Of a stretch of 64,000 nucleotides of DNA, positions 35,786-45,696 are shown in pieces. The DNA is from Candidatus Marinacidobacterales bacterium (GTDB taxonomy: Bacteria > Acidobacteriota > Vicinamibacteria > Marinacidobacterales > SMYC01), in assembly GCA_965224085.1 (NCBI GenBank), contig CBDCYI010000009.1:512001-576000 (forward strand), in the 5' to 3' direction. The notes below the pieces were generated by a model. The model made no database searches and was not told the DNA's origin. It saw nothing but the letters and a program-made list of their open reading frames with translations. Position numbers and translations under genes: made by a program. Numbering within the stretch: position 1 is the first letter of the stretch; each line of letters opens with the position of its first letter.

Positions 35786-36295
35786 CCTGACCTGGTCGAT
35801 GACCGCCTGGGTCTTCTCGATGGCATCGTCCACCGAGGAGAGGATGGCGGCAATCTCGCGCTGCTCGGTCGAAGGGGGAAACGGAATTTCCAACCCACAA
35901 AGATCAGCCTTGTTCACAGCAGCGAAGGTGCTGCCCTGGGAAACGCGGACAAGGTCAGATACCTTCCACCGAAGCGCATGCCACAAGAACGGAACTTCGA
36001 CGCCGGTCGCCGTTATTGCGGAGAGCCCTCTCCCAATGCATAGTGGTTTGTCCGCCAAGTTCAAAGCTCCAACCGGTGCTCGAACACTCAGGAGGATGTC
36101 ACTCGGCTGAGCTTGCTTTTGGGGCTTGGTACAGAACTTCACGGGCAGTGGGTTTCGAAGCCCGAACTCAGCGTTTCCCTGAATAAACGGAAGTCCATTT
36201 CCGTCTTCGTTTACAGTGCGCGACGGAGGCGATTGTCCCATTTTGATAGTGGCAACAGTTCCCAGGCTCGCTGTAGCCCATTCGACGCTACTCAT
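35786..36295 (-). pseudogene. hsdS: type I R-M HsdS N-terminal half
   Basis: MGQSPPS, SVRAPVG, IGRGL, GSTF, PPSTEQREIAAILSSVDDAIE; the second TRD is missing. Confidence 0.85.
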
Positions 36296-38117
36296 ATCCG
36301 CACTCTGCCAGATACCGATTCATCCTCGTTTCGGCCACTGTGCGCTCCTTTTCCAGTTCCCTCAGCTTCCGCACCGCCTGCGCCACGTCGATCCGCTCCT
36401 CTTCTTCTGACGTGTCCACGTAGCGGCTGATGTTAAGGTTCCTTTCGTTCTTCTCGATCTCGGCAAGCGGAACGATTTGTGCATACTTCTCCACGTCGGC
36501 GTAAGCGTGGAATGTGCCAGAGATGTGCTCGATATCCTGGTCGCGCAGGCGGTTCTGGTTGCTCCCCTCTTCGAACTCGCCGGACGCGTCGATGAACAGC
36601 ACTTTGCCCTTCCTTGCCGCCAGCTTGTTCCGATTCAACACCAGGATGGACGCCGGGATGCCAGTGCCGTAGAAGAGGTTCGGAGCCAGACCGATGACCG
36701 CCTCGAAGAGATCCTCCTCCAGCAAGCCCTGGCGGATCTTCCCCTCCGCATTGCCGCGGAACAGAGCGCCGTGCGGCATCACGACGCCGAGTCGGCCCAA
36801 AGTGTTCAGCACCGCCACCATGTGCTGGACGAACGCCAGATCGCCCTTCGTCTTCGGCGGCACGCCGAACCGGAACCGCCCGTAGCCATCGTTCTCGGCC
36901 ACGTCGCGGCCCCACTCGTCGAGGCTGAACGGCGGATTGGCGATCACCCGGTCATACAGCAGAAGCTCTCCTTCATCCACGAGCTTCGGGTCCCGAATCG
37001 TGTCGCCCTTCTCGATTCGGGCGTCCGGCAGCCCGTGTAGCAGCATGTTCATCTTGCAAATGGCCCAGGTGCTCAGATTCTTCTCCTGGCCGTGCAGCGT
37101 TAGGTTGCGCGGGTTGCCACCTTTGCGCTCAATGTAATGGGCGCACTCGATCAACATGCCGCCGGAACCGGCCGTCGGGTCGCAGATACGCATCCGTTCG
37201 GTGGGGGCCAGCAGCTCGACGATGAGTTTAACCACCATCCGCGGCGTGTAGAACTCGCCGCCTTTCTTGCCCGCGTCGTCGGCGAACTTCTCGATCAGAT
37301 ACTCGTAGGCGCGACCAAGAAGATCGGGCTCGGCCATGCGGTCGTTGCGGAGGGAAACCTGGGAGAAGTGCTGCACCAGGCGCGCCAGCACGGTGTCGCG
37401 GTTTCGGGCGTCGCCGAGCTTGTGCTCATCGTTGTAGTCGATACCGGCAAGCACCCCTTCCAGTGCACTGTTTTGTTCCTCTAGCGCGACATACGCCTTG
37501 TTCAGCGTCTCCCCGATGTTGGTCGCCCGTTTTTGGATCGTGCCCCACCGCGCCCGGTCCGGTACGAAGAACTCGTGCTCGTCCGGGTCTCTCCATGCCA
37601 CCGTCTCGGAGAAACCCTTAGCGATGAGCTTTTCCGCTTCCTCCTCGAAGCGGTCCGATAGCCGTTTCAGAAAGAGCAGACCGAAGATGTAGGTCTTGTA
37701 GTCGCTGCTGTCGATGGAGCCGCGCAGGATGTCTGCGGCGGACCAGAGATACTGCTCGAGCTGCGCGACGCTCAGCTCTTCACTCCGCGGTTCTGGCGCC
37801 TCTGCCACGAAACGGGTTGGCGCGGGCACGTTCCCGGTGTTGTTCTTCGACGCAGCGGCCGGTCGGATAAGACGGGCTACGAGATCCTCCTTTTTCCTGC
37901 CGGAATCATCGAGGTCGAACGTTCGACACAGCTCCTTCAGGCGCTCTCTAGAGAGGTCTTGCAGAATCTCATAGAGCCGCGCCTTCCGCGAGCGGGCAAG
38001 CGTATCAACGAGTTGCGGCTTGACGCGGCGATCCGCAACCGCCAGCTCATAGAAGTCGATGCTGGCGCGCAGCTCGTTCGCTGTCAGCTCGGCGAGAATT
38101 GCGTGTTTTGTTGGCAT
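36288..38117 (-). CDS. hsdM: type I R-M methyltransferase with N-terminal helical extension
   Basis: LWSAADILRG, GEFYTP, DPTAGSGG, ANPPF motifs; GGAG before the ATG at 38117. Confidence 0.93.
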   Translation of the reverse strand: MPTKHAILAELTANELRASIDFYELAVADRRVKPQLVDTLARSRKARLYEILQDLSRERLKELCRTFDLDDSGRKKEDLVARLIRPAAASKNNTGNVPAPTRFVAEAPEPRSEELSVAQLEQYLWSAADILRGSIDSSDYKTYIFGLLFLKRLSDRFEEEAEKLIAKGFSETVAWRDPDEHEFFVPDRARWGTIQKRATNIGETLNKAYVALEEQNSALEGVLAGIDYNDEHKLGDARNRDTVLARLVQHFSQVSLRNDRMAEPDLLGRAYEYLIEKFADDAGKKGGEFYTPRMVVKLIVELLAPTERMRICDPTAGSGGMLIECAHYIERKGGNPRNLTLHGQEKNLSTWAICKMNMLLHGLPDARIEKGDTIRDPKLVDEGELLLYDRVIANPPFSLDEWGRDVAENDGYGRFRFGVPPKTKGDLAFVQHMVAVLNTLGRLGVVMPHGALFRGNAEGKIRQGLLEEDLFEAVIGLAPNLFYGTGIPASILVLNRNKLAARKGKVLFIDASGEFEEGSNQNRLRDQDIEHISGTFHAYADVEKYAQIVPLAEIEKNERNLNISRYVDTSEEEERIDVAQAVRKLRELEKERTVAETRMNRYLAECGYE

Positions 38118-39561
38118 CTCCGTATCACTCGTGGATCCACTTGCCGTGGTGGCAGCCGGAGTGGCCTTAGCCAGCGTGATCCTCGTCAGTGCTCGTGGGA
38201 GGCTACCACGAGGGCGCGCTGTGGTTTTCGGAAATTCTAGCCACCTGAGTTTTTGTCTCAGAATCGAGGACTTCGTCAAGTCTGCACTGGTAATTGTGAT
38301 GAGTAGCCGCCGCCACACTCGTCTGCCCGGCCCCCCGTGACGACGAGATCGGCTACGGCAAACCTCTGGTCTGCCATAGTTCTCTGAACAGAGCGCGGCA
38401 CATTCTCAACCGAAGCCCGTCGTGTCCGAAAATGCGAACGGAGTCGAAATTTCGAATCCTGGAGGCGTTGTGAAGCAGGATCGTGTGCATGCCACCAACG
38501 CTATCGGGCATCACCCTGAAAGACCAGGTTTTCTGCACCGGACGGAATTTATAGGAGGGACAGCGCTGCGCGAGCGGCATAGGTTGCGAGCGAACGCGAT
38601 GGCGTCCAGAACAATAGACCGGATATTCGAAAACAGTCGCACGAGCGAGCCTCTCCACGTTCCTAAGACGCCGGTGGCGTCGTCGGGTCGACCGGCACGA
38701 AGCAGCCGAGCATGGCAGGTCTAAACCGCGCAGTCAACGCCGGATCGACTTTTTGCGGAGCACAGGCATCGTCGGGTCGACCGGTACAGAGAAACCGATC
38801 GTGGCAGGTCTAAACCGCGTAATCAACGCTGGATCGACTTTTTGCGGAGCACAACACCGACGACCACGGCGGCTACGTCGGGCTACCGAACCACGAGACG
38901 GTCCGCCTGTGCCTTCTATTTATTCATCCGCGCGCACCAAACTTGATTAATCTCGGGTCTGCCAGCACCATGCCGGCATGATTTCGTCGTTGGTGTGCTG
39001 GTGGCTTTTGCCGCCATTTCTGGCAGCTGCGTTACGAGTAAGCTAGTCCCGGCCTCCGAGGAACAGACGCGGCACGTACCAGAACATCAGCGCGATGGAG
39101 GCAAAGAGCTGCATCGCCGCGCCAACGTACCGGTTGTCCCTTCTATAAATTCCGTCCGGTGCAGAAATCCTGGTCTTTCAGGGTGATGCCCGATAGCGTT
39201 GGTGGCATGCACACGATCCTGCTTCACGGCGTTGTTTCGGCGAGCCAGTTGCGTCTGTCCGCGCCCGCCTCTCTCGTCGGCGCAAACGCTCCCCGTCGTG
39301 TCAAAAAATACAAACGAACTCAAGAGCGGCACGCCGGGACGTTTGGTGCTTGCGCTGCTTACTGTTGGTGATATGTACGCATCCCTTTGCAAAAGAGACG
39401 CTTACGCTCCATTTAGCGCGCAGCGAAGGTCACGAGCGCTATTTTGGCTGTAACTTAATGCACCGTAAAGTCTTAGCGTCATCTCACCAACACTTAATGG
39501 CGGAAGCACCGGACACGACGAGTTTGCCAATCTCGTACAGATCAAGTTTATGGAAGGGACA

Positions 39562-40146
39562 GGCGGTGAGCGAAGCCTCGACGCATTGGGGCTCCGTGCT
39601 GGAGGGACTCCAGGCTCGAGGACTCCGGGCTCCCAAGCTAGTGATCAGCGACGGCCACAAGGGGCTGACGAAAGCGCTGGAGAAGTGGCCGGGGTGCCGG
39701 TTGCAGCGATGTACCGAGCACAAGCGCGCCAACTTGCTCGAACATTGCCCGGCGCACGCACGCCGTGAGCTCCGGCGTGACTACAACCGGATCGTCTACG
39801 CCAAGAACGGGATCGATGCTCGCAAAGCCTATGACGAGCTCGTCGCCAAGTGGACGCCTCTCGCGCCGGCCGTCGTCCGAAGCCTAGAGGAGGCCGGTAA
39901 TCAGCTGCTGACCTTCTACGAATTCCCTCGTGCCATGTGGAAATCGATTCGAACGACCAATGCTCTGGAGAATCTCAACCGCGAGTTTCGAACGCCGGAC
40001 GAAAACCCAAGCGTCGTTCTCCAGCGAGGAGTCTGCGGTCGCTTTGCTGTTTGGGCTTATCGCCTCTGGCCAGATTCAACTACGACGCATCGACGGCTAC
40101 CAACGTCTGAGCGAGGTTCTCGAACACGCGGAGGTTGCCGCCTGAT
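39562..40146 (+). pseudogene. IS256-family transposase C-terminal fragment, frameshifted
   Basis: LVISDGHKGL, QRCTEHK, IRTTNALENLNREF. Confidence 0.85.
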
Positions 40147-40409
40147 ATGATACTCTGATGACGGAGTGGAGGGCGCCGTTCTTTTTCCACGGACCTCGGG
40201 ACACATCCTCATAGCGTTTGGGATCTGAGACTAAGCACCTTGGGGACGAACTCTCTCTTGGCAGTTCCGGGCTACCCAGGTCTGTCGAGTCTTCAGGAGG
40301 AAGCTGTCTTGGGAGCCGAGTTGAATCGAGTATTTCAACAACGGTCATCGCCTTAGATTTTTCACATTCAAACCGGTTAACGGGTCGTTCACATGCTCTG
40401 GAGGGAATT

Positions 40410-41069
40410 ATGACGCTCAGAATCAATGACGAAGCGCCGAACTTTAACGCAGAAACGACAGAAGGGACGGTCAACTTTCATGATTGGATTGGCGAAGGTT
40501 GGGCCATCTTGTTCTCGCATCCAAAGGACTTCACGCCGGTCTGCACGACGGAACTCGGCTATATGGCGGGGCTCAAGCCTGAGTTCGAAAAGCGCAACTG
40601 CAAGGTTCTCGGCATCAGCGTCGATGGGGTCAGCGACCACAAGAGGTGGTCGAAGGAAATCGAGGCATCCCAGGGACACGCGATCAACTATCCGCTGATC
40701 GGGGATCCAGAACTGAAGGTCGTCAAGCTCTACGACATGCTGCCGGCGGACGAGGGCGACACCTCCACCGGAAGGACGGCGGCGGACAACGCGACGGCCC
40801 GGTCCGTGTTTATCATCGGTCCCGATAAGAAGATCAAGGCGACCTTGACTTACCCGATGAGCACGGGCCGCAACTTCGATGAGATCCTCCGCCTCCTAGA
40901 CTCCTGCCAACTCACAGCGACCCACAAGGTGGCAACACCGGTCAACTGGAAACAGGGCAACGACGTGATCATTGTTCCAGCCGTGTCCGACGACGAGGCC
41001 AAGAAGAAGTATCCTGCCGGTTGGCAGTCGCCGCTACCCTACATCCGGATCGTTCCCCAACCGAAGTAG
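40410..41069 (+). CDS. 1-Cys peroxiredoxin (Prx6)
   Basis: FSHPKDFTPVCTTE, YPMSTGRNFDE, ATPVNW; GGAGG RBS. Confidence 0.95.
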   Translation: MTLRINDEAPNFNAETTEGTVNFHDWIGEGWAILFSHPKDFTPVCTTELGYMAGLKPEFEKRNCKVLGISVDGVSDHKRWSKEIEASQGHAINYPLIGDPELKVVKLYDMLPADEGDTSTGRTAADNATARSVFIIGPDKKIKATLTYPMSTGRNFDEILRLLDSCQLTATHKVATPVNWKQGNDVIIVPAVSDDEAKKKYPAGWQSPLPYIRIVPQPK

Positions 41070-41509
41070 CGGAAGCATTGTATTCGTCCCGTTCCGGGGT
41101 TGTCCCAGTGGACGCCCCCGGGTAGGGGTGGAGCCGCGGCCCGGGGCTTTCCCAGACCACTGAGTAATGCGGGTTGTGCCTTCTATTTATTCATCCGCGC
41201 GCACCGAACTTGATTAGTCTCCGGTCTGCCGGCCGAGGCCATTTACTCGACGATCGCCTTTGCACTCGTTTCCTTAGGCCTGGGCGCGGAAGGTCCACCG
41301 CTCGCGGGGACACAACAAAGCCGCGATTGCTGTCGCCAACAAACTCGCCCGGATAGTCTGGGCCGTCTCCCGTCCTGTGCCAAAACTCGGTTCTTTTGAA
41401 ATAGGCTGCAAATCAGCAACTTAGTGTCTGTGTTTGCGACATCCCCAAGGGCCGTAGGCCGGCGCTTGGCCATGTCGTGGCTGTCCGAGTTTTGGCACAG
41501 GACGGGGTC

Positions 41510-42355
41510 GGTCAACCCGATTCTGCTTAACTAGTACCTGTCCAGAAACACCATAACTTGTGGTGTACGAGAGGCCTATCGAAGATGTGGGTATTATACG
41601 TTTTCAGTCGGCACCTCGTAGGCTCGGAAGCGAATGAAAATCTTGGACGAAACGAGAGGCGAATCGTCAGCAATCCATGGCTATAAACGCAGTAAGAGCA
41701 ATCATTATTATCGTAATAGGTGCCTTGACAGGTTGCAGGTGATGATGGAACTCCATACGTAGGATTTGAAAGAAGGCAATGAGCGCCATGTGCATCGGTC
41801 GAGACCAAAGACTCGTTTCAAGAACGAAATGACGCCTTCGATTCCGCAGCGAAATCGCCGTAGGCGTTGATAGACCCAGGAACTCTTGACCATATGGGCG
41901 CCGGAAGGTCCACCGCTCGCCGGGCCATCGAGGCACAACAAATGGCCGCGAGTTTGCTGTCGCCAACAAACTCGCCCGGATAGTCTGTTCTTCGGATCGA
42001 AACGACCTTTTCCTCCGCAGGCACACGCTCTTCATCAATCACTCTACGCCGAGTTTGGTTGTGACTTTTTCGGTGAGGACGAGAAAGTGCTTAAAATCCG
42101 TGGCGATCTTCTCCGCACTCGCTCGCTTCACCGGCTCGGTGTCGTCCAAAACGTTGAGCGGAGCGATAGGTTTCTTCCGACACCTTGTAAATAGACGCGA
42201 GGCTTCGCGTTTAGAACTCCCAGCAACTTAGTGTCAGTTGTGTTTGCGACATCCCCAAGGGCCGTAGGCCGGCGCTTGGCCATGTCGTGGCTGTCCGAGT
42301 TTTGGCACAGGACGGGGTCGATAGGTGAACTGATTCAGGTCAACCCGATTCTGCT
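41510..42355 (-). repeat. garbled, internally deleted copy of the adjacent ISNCY and IS110 pieces
   Basis: Blocks identical to 42340-43300 and 41285-41360, joined through deletions. Confidence 0.7.
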
Positions 42356-42361
42356 TAACTA

Positions 42362-44046
42362 GTACCTGTCCAGAAACACCATAACTTGTTGGTGTACGAG
42401 AGGCCTATCGAAGATGTGGGTATTATACGTTTTCAGTCGGCACCTCGTAGGCTCGGAAGCGAATGAAAATCTTGGACGAAACGAGAGGCGAATCGTCAGC
42501 AATCCATGGCTATAAACGCAGTAAGAGCAATCATTATTATCGTAATAGGTGCCTTGCCATTACCAACAGGTTGCAGGTGATGATGGAACTCCATACGTAG
42601 GATTTGAAAGAAGGCAATGAGCGCCATGTGCATCGGTCGAGACCAAAGACTCGTTTCAAGAACGAAATGACGCCTTCGATTCCGCAGCGAAATCGCCGTA
42701 GGCGTTGATAGACCCAGGAACTCTTGACCATATCGGTCACCGCGAAGTGAGCCTTGGTAAAGGCAACATCTTCAACTCCCTTGCCTTTGATGGCTTCCAA
42801 GTTTGCCTTTGAAGAAAACGCGCCATCGTAGGCAACCTGGCGCGGGGCCCGTTCGTAGAGTTCGACTTGACGGTCGATCATGGTTTCCGCGAGAGTTGAA
42901 TCGGACGGATTCCCATCCAAGATCACGCAATCCAAAATCATCGAGGACGAGCCACCAGTCAAACACACCTTGTGACCGTAGAGAGTCTCGCGCCGGTCTT
43001 TGCGAATAATGTCGGTGTGTTCTTCGAAGATCGAAACGACCTTTTCCTCCGCAGGCACACGCTCTTCATCAATCACTCTACGCCGAGTTTGGTTGATGAC
43101 TTTTTCGGTGAGGACGAGAAAGTGCTTAAAATCCGTGGCGATCTTCTCCGCACTCGCTCGCTTCACCGGCTCGGTCAAGCCGGACTCGTCCAACTGGTCT
43201 GCAACGCGTTGAGCGGAGCGATAGGTTTCTTCCGACACCTTCAGTAGATCTCGATAGACGCGACGCCTTTGTTCCTTATCCTTCGCGTTTAGAACTCCCA
43301 GTCGACGTCTCTTCGCTCGACGCGTTCGATTGCCGAAGACCACTACTGTACCCAGCAGTTCGCGAGTTCGGCACATGAGGCGAGTGAGAACTCGGACGCA
43401 GTCATAAAGAAGCTCGGAGTCCGTAGGAGAATGAATATTCGACTCCACTACCGTGCAGTCCACTCGTACTTTTCTTCCTTTTTCGATCGCGGTCTTCTCG
43501 GCAACACTCACCAACTCTCGGTTGATTTTCTCCAGCGTTTCGAACTTCACGGCTTTGATGTTTGCTGCTAGGGTCGACTTCGACGGGCTCGGCTCTATGA
43601 TGCCGAGCTGGCAAAACGTCCGATAGCTTCGAGAGTCTGCCAAGTGAAACGCCAGCTCCCGATAGGTGAACTGATTCAGCTGCTTGACCAACAACGCCCG
43701 GAGAACCTGCTCCGCGCTCATTCCCCCACGACCAACATCGCTCCCTGCCGATGGGGTGACCGACCTCAGGTCTTGCAGTACCAGCTCATTGAGCTTAGGA
43801 TGGGCATCGAGCAGCGATGATATCGTTTCGAGTTCGCGTGCGTGCTCCAGCTCCAGCCAGGGCTCGCGAAGGCTTGGTTGTGGGTTGATCGTTTTTCGCA
43901 TTTAGGGCTGGTCTCCTTTGGAGTTAAGTCGTTTAGAATCTGCGTTTTTGTCGACTCGATACTAAACGACACTCCCTCAGAAGGCTAGCCCTAAATTTGC
44001 GATTACCCCTTTTTTCTCAACCTCTTACACCTGTCAGGACGGGTAC
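42362..44046 (-). mobile_element. ISNCY/IS5-like element, copy 1
   Basis: TIRs GTACCTGTCC / GGACGGGTAC; 6-bp TSD TAACTA at 42356-42361 and 44047-44052. Confidence 0.9.
42537..43901 (-). CDS. ISNCY-family DDE transposase
   Basis: RVDCTVVESNIHSPTDS, YGHKV, YDGAF, FRCGIEGVISFLKR motifs. Confidence 0.9.
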   Translation of the reverse strand: MRKTINPQPSLREPWLELEHARELETISSLLDAHPKLNELVLQDLRSVTPSAGSDVGRGGMSAEQVLRALLVKQLNQFTYRELAFHLADSRSYRTFCQLGIIEPSPSKSTLAANIKAVKFETLEKINRELVSVAEKTAIEKGRKVRVDCTVVESNIHSPTDSELLYDCVRVLTRLMCRTRELLGTVVVFGNRTRRAKRRRLGVLNAKDKEQRRRVYRDLLKVSEETYRSAQRVADQLDESGLTEPVKRASAEKIATDFKHFLVLTEKVINQTRRRVIDEERVPAEEKVVSIFEEHTDIIRKDRRETLYGHKVCLTGGSSSMILDCVILDGNPSDSTLAETMIDRQVELYERAPRQVAYDGAFSSKANLEAIKGKGVEDVAFTKAHFAVTDMVKSSWVYQRLRRFRCGIEGVISFLKRVFGLDRCTWRSLPSFKSYVWSSIITCNLLVMARHLLR

Positions 44047-44061
44047 TAACTAATAAGAAAC

Positions 44062-45300
44062 TCAGGGTGTAGCGTTGGCAAGAGGTGTGAGAGTGACGTC
44101 AAAACCGAGCTCCCTTAGGCGTCGTGTCATTCGTATTGTGAGCTGTTCCTTGTCGCGTTGATGGAAGTAATCGGCACCCAGTTCCCGGTATGGAATCTCA
44201 TTGTGGAGCATGTAGTAGACGGCGGTGATGATGGAGGCGGCGACGGCGACGACAGCTTTCTTGGGGCCCCGACGAGATTTGAGCCGGAAGAACTGGGCAC
44301 GCAGATAGCTGTCGCGCTTGCGGCTTGCCGCCCAAGCGGCTTGGACAAGAGCGGTCTTGAGCCATGGAGCCCCTTTGCGGGTTTTCTGAGAAAAGCGTTT
44401 ACCGGCACTCTCATGAAGCCGTGGGCATAGACCGGCCCAAGAGCGAAGGTGTCCGGCCGTTGGGAATGCCGAGACATCGGGTCCGATCTCGGCGACGAGA
44501 ATGGCCGCCGTGGTTTCACTGATGCCCGGGATCGTCACCAGAAGCTCGACGGCCGATCGAAAAGGGCGCAGGCTCTCTGTGATACGGGATTCGAGCGCGC
44601 TCACTGAGGCTTCAAGCTGCTCGATATGATTGAGATGAAAACCCAACAGGAAACGATGATGGTCGGTAACGTAGCCCTCGAGCGCTGCGCTCAATTCCTG
44701 TTCAGTGGCTTTGAGTCGGCTTGAGCCCAGCTCACTCAGCTTGTGAGGGTCGCTTTCTCCCGCAATGATCGCTCGGAGAATCGCCCGCCCGCTTACTCCC
44801 AAAATCGTGCTAATCACGCTCGTCAATTTGATGTTCGCGTCTTCCAACGTCTTTTGAATTCGCTGGGTCTCCCGAGCGATTTCTCGAACGAACTGCTTTC
44901 GCGTTCGGGTCAGCTCTCGCAGTTCCTGGATCGGCGTTGGCGGAACGAAGCTAGCTCGAATGAGACCATGGGCAAGCAAATCCGCTATCCACAAGGCATC
45001 ACTGATATCGCTCTTACGACCCGGCATGTTCTTGACGTGGGCCGGTTGTGCCAACACCAACTCAAAATGACCTTCGAGCACATGCCACACCGGCTTCCAA
45101 TACACTCCGGTCGCTTCCATCGCTACAATCGTGCAACCGCACTGCCCCAGCCAATCCAACATTTCCAGCAATTCGCTCGTGGCCGTGCCGAACACACGCG
45201 TCTCGCGCACCACCTTCCGCTTCGTCGCTACCCGCACGCAAGCCGTAATCGATTTCTGGTGGACGTCCAATCCGGCGCATCGCTTATGAACCACTCTCAT
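44062..45300 (-). CDS. IS110-family DEDD recombinase (IS110 group)
   Basis: CAGLDVHQ, MEATGVYWKP, GRKSDISDA, TIPGI, SWAGLCP..HESAG motifs. Confidence 0.95.
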   Translation of the reverse strand: MRVVHKRCAGLDVHQKSITACVRVATKRKVVRETRVFGTATSELLEMLDWLGQCGCTIVAMEATGVYWKPVWHVLEGHFELVLAQPAHVKNMPGRKSDISDALWIADLLAHGLIRASFVPPTPIQELRELTRTRKQFVREIARETQRIQKTLEDANIKLTSVISTILGVSGRAILRAIIAGESDPHKLSELGSSRLKATEQELSAALEGYVTDHHRFLLGFHLNHIEQLEASVSALESRITESLRPFRSAVELLVTIPGISETTAAILVAEIGPDVSAFPTAGHLRSWAGLCPRLHESAGKRFSQKTRKGAPWLKTALVQAAWAASRKRDSYLRAQFFRLKSRRGPKKAVVAVAASIITAVYYMLHNEIPYRELGADYFHQRDKEQLTIRMTRRLRELGFDVTLTPLANATP

Positions 45301-45315
45301 CGCAGCCTCCTTCAC

Positions 45316-45528
45316 GTCGCACCGGCGTGGAGCCCACGAACTTGTAATCTAATAGACGCGCTCAACTATCCCAGCTGGAATAGAAAACGCAATTTGGGGT
45401 ACGCGCAGGACTCCCAGCCAAACTTGACAACGGGCTCAGTCGCACCAACGTTAAGCCGACCTCTGAGCCGGTGCCACCTTCACAGACTACCGCGTTTCAT
45501 TCATTCGGGGTGGCCGTCAGGCCGTGGA
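45316..45528 (-). ncRNA. candidate bridge RNA in the IS110 left end
   Basis: ~210-nt non-coding leader; 45420-45430 is identical to the flank at 45529-45539. Confidence 0.6.
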
Positions 45529-45696
45529 AAACTTGACAATACTCCACCCTTTGTCATCCTCTACTCAAAACGCCATGCCAACTCCTCGGCCGTGATGATC
45601 GGCATTTTGCCAACAGCGCCCAATTTTTTCGCCAGATCAAGGATCTTCTTGGTGACGTCTTCTTCAAGCTCTTTCTCTTTGTAGAAATTAACGTAG

